DNA of 64,000 nucleotides from Somniosus microcephalus. Its lineage: Eukaryota. A program made the position numbers and the translations under genes. This document shows positions 62,459 to 64,000 of this stretch, one piece after another; the first letter of the stretch is position 1, and each line of letters opens with the position of its first letter. The notes under the pieces were generated by a model. It saw only the letters and a program-made list of their open reading frames with translations. It had not been told where the DNA came from and did no database searches. Location of the stretch: assembly GCA_052327205.1 (NCBI GenBank), contig CM126220.1, positions 10,974,001 through 11,038,000 on the forward strand. The letters run 5' to 3'.

Positions 62459-64000
62459 GTAAGCTTTTTTTCTTGCATTAGAAATTAAAGATGGGTCATC
62501 AGGCACTTAACATTGGCTGCATGTTGCTAGTGGTGCACACGACCCTCTCAGATTGTACATTACCATTATGAAATATGAAGCATAATTGAGTCATTCAAGT
62601 TAAATTGACTGAGACCAGGCCCTTTTGAAACAGGAGTTTCAGCTCCCAATCAGAACAGGATTAATGTGTTTTTTTAAAAACCACATGTTGGTGCTACTTG
62701 TAGTAATCACTGGGTAATCTGGCAAATGTATAAACTCGCCCAGATTCCCAAACTTTCCAATGGAAGCAGCTGCCTATTTGTGCTGAAGCTGGAGGAATGT
62801 ATTTACAGTAGATGTCTGCAGTGAAATGGTGAATATATTGTTTTGACTTGCAGAAAACAAGGTTGCAGTGACATTGTGAGAGTCGCAGGCAAATACTGGA
62901 GCACTAACTTTAGTACTGTTGTTTTATCAAAGTTCAGTGTGCCAATTAAACCAGAAGTGGAAACCCCTTTTGACAAAGTTAAGAAAATAGAACAAAACTT
63001 TTACAGCAAACATGAGTTGACTTCCTCTTCTTCCTATCCCCTGCATCAGTAATGCTTCAACAGGCGGTGGGTGGGTGGGTAATGTGCTCCCCTGCCAAAG
63101 CCACTCTGGGATAGCCAGAAGAAGGTGCACAAGAGCAGCTTGTCGATGAATATCCCATGATTTTCTTTCCTTCCAAGTGGTAATTGCGTGGCCTCCACTT
63201 GAATTGCTTGGTAGTTGGAATGAAGGAAATGTGGAGTTGGAGACAGTGGAAGCCAAACTGGGGAGCATCTAATTCAGCGATGACAAGATTCAGTATTATT
63301 GGTTCAAATGGGTTATAATTCACATCAGAGGTTTGAATATGCAAGTTATAGACCTGATGTCTTCACCATAACCAAGGCATTAGACTGTTATCTGAAGTAA
63401 ATCTAATCCCGTTCACTCCATATACTGCCAGAATGAAGATCTAAATTACCCATTTGCAGTACAATTGGAATAGGGCAAATCTAATACAGGAAGGGAGTTG
63501 GTGCTGTCTAGTTTATGGACAAGCTCCGTGAAGCTTATGGTATAAAACTTAAATCTGTGCATATACATGCATGACTATGCAAATACACAGTTCCTAGTCA
63601 ACAGGGAATTGTAAGATGGCTGTTTCATTGAAAGAAGATGTGATGCAAAGCAAAACTTGGGATGAGCTTTTGTATCAGTTCTGCACCAGTGTATTTTTGC
63701 AGTGTTTCCATTGGAGATTTAAATTAACACTGGGTTTACCTAAGGACAAGTCTCCAGTCAAAAGGACTCTGAATCCAGAAGCCATCTGCCCAAAGCAATG
63801 TAGTTGGGTTCCATAACTGCTTGAAGGAATACCCCAGGGACCCTTTTGCAAAAAAAAAGGTTATTCAGATATCAGTAACCATCTTTACTTTTTTTTTAAA
63901 TTATAAAGTAGAAATCCTAGAAAATCTAGGCAAGAAAATAGTCAAGAGTGGGGCACATCTGGTGCTATTGAGAAAAACAGTGGTAAACCTTAACATGAGT

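Overview
Vertebrate genomic DNA, almost certainly from a cartilaginous fish (shark), judged from its repeats: HER1-type CR1 LINEs, SacSINE1-type DeuSINEs, L2 fragments and Harbinger Myb/SANT remnants. The window is intronic or 5' regulatory sequence of an unidentified gene. It has no intact long CDS, a CpG-island promoter/first-exon candidate at about 54.2-54.84 kb, two small exon candidates and long TE-free stretches. The stand-out feature is a 1.35-kb, ORF-less, CpG-rich, highly structured insertion (51561-52913) that splits a CR1 copy. It starts with exactly the 28 nt of 28S rRNA upstream of the R2 retrotransposon target site and folds into a canonical HDV-like ribozyme whose predicted cleavage site is the first inserted base. 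Two more tandem HDV-like folds with compensatory base changes follow, and it ends in an R2-type 3' pseudoknot, stem-loop and short A tail. I interpret it as a non-autonomous, triple-ribozyme R2 derivative retrotransposed off-target into a 28S-target-like site outside rDNA. All structures were paired by eye; no folding or database search was run.
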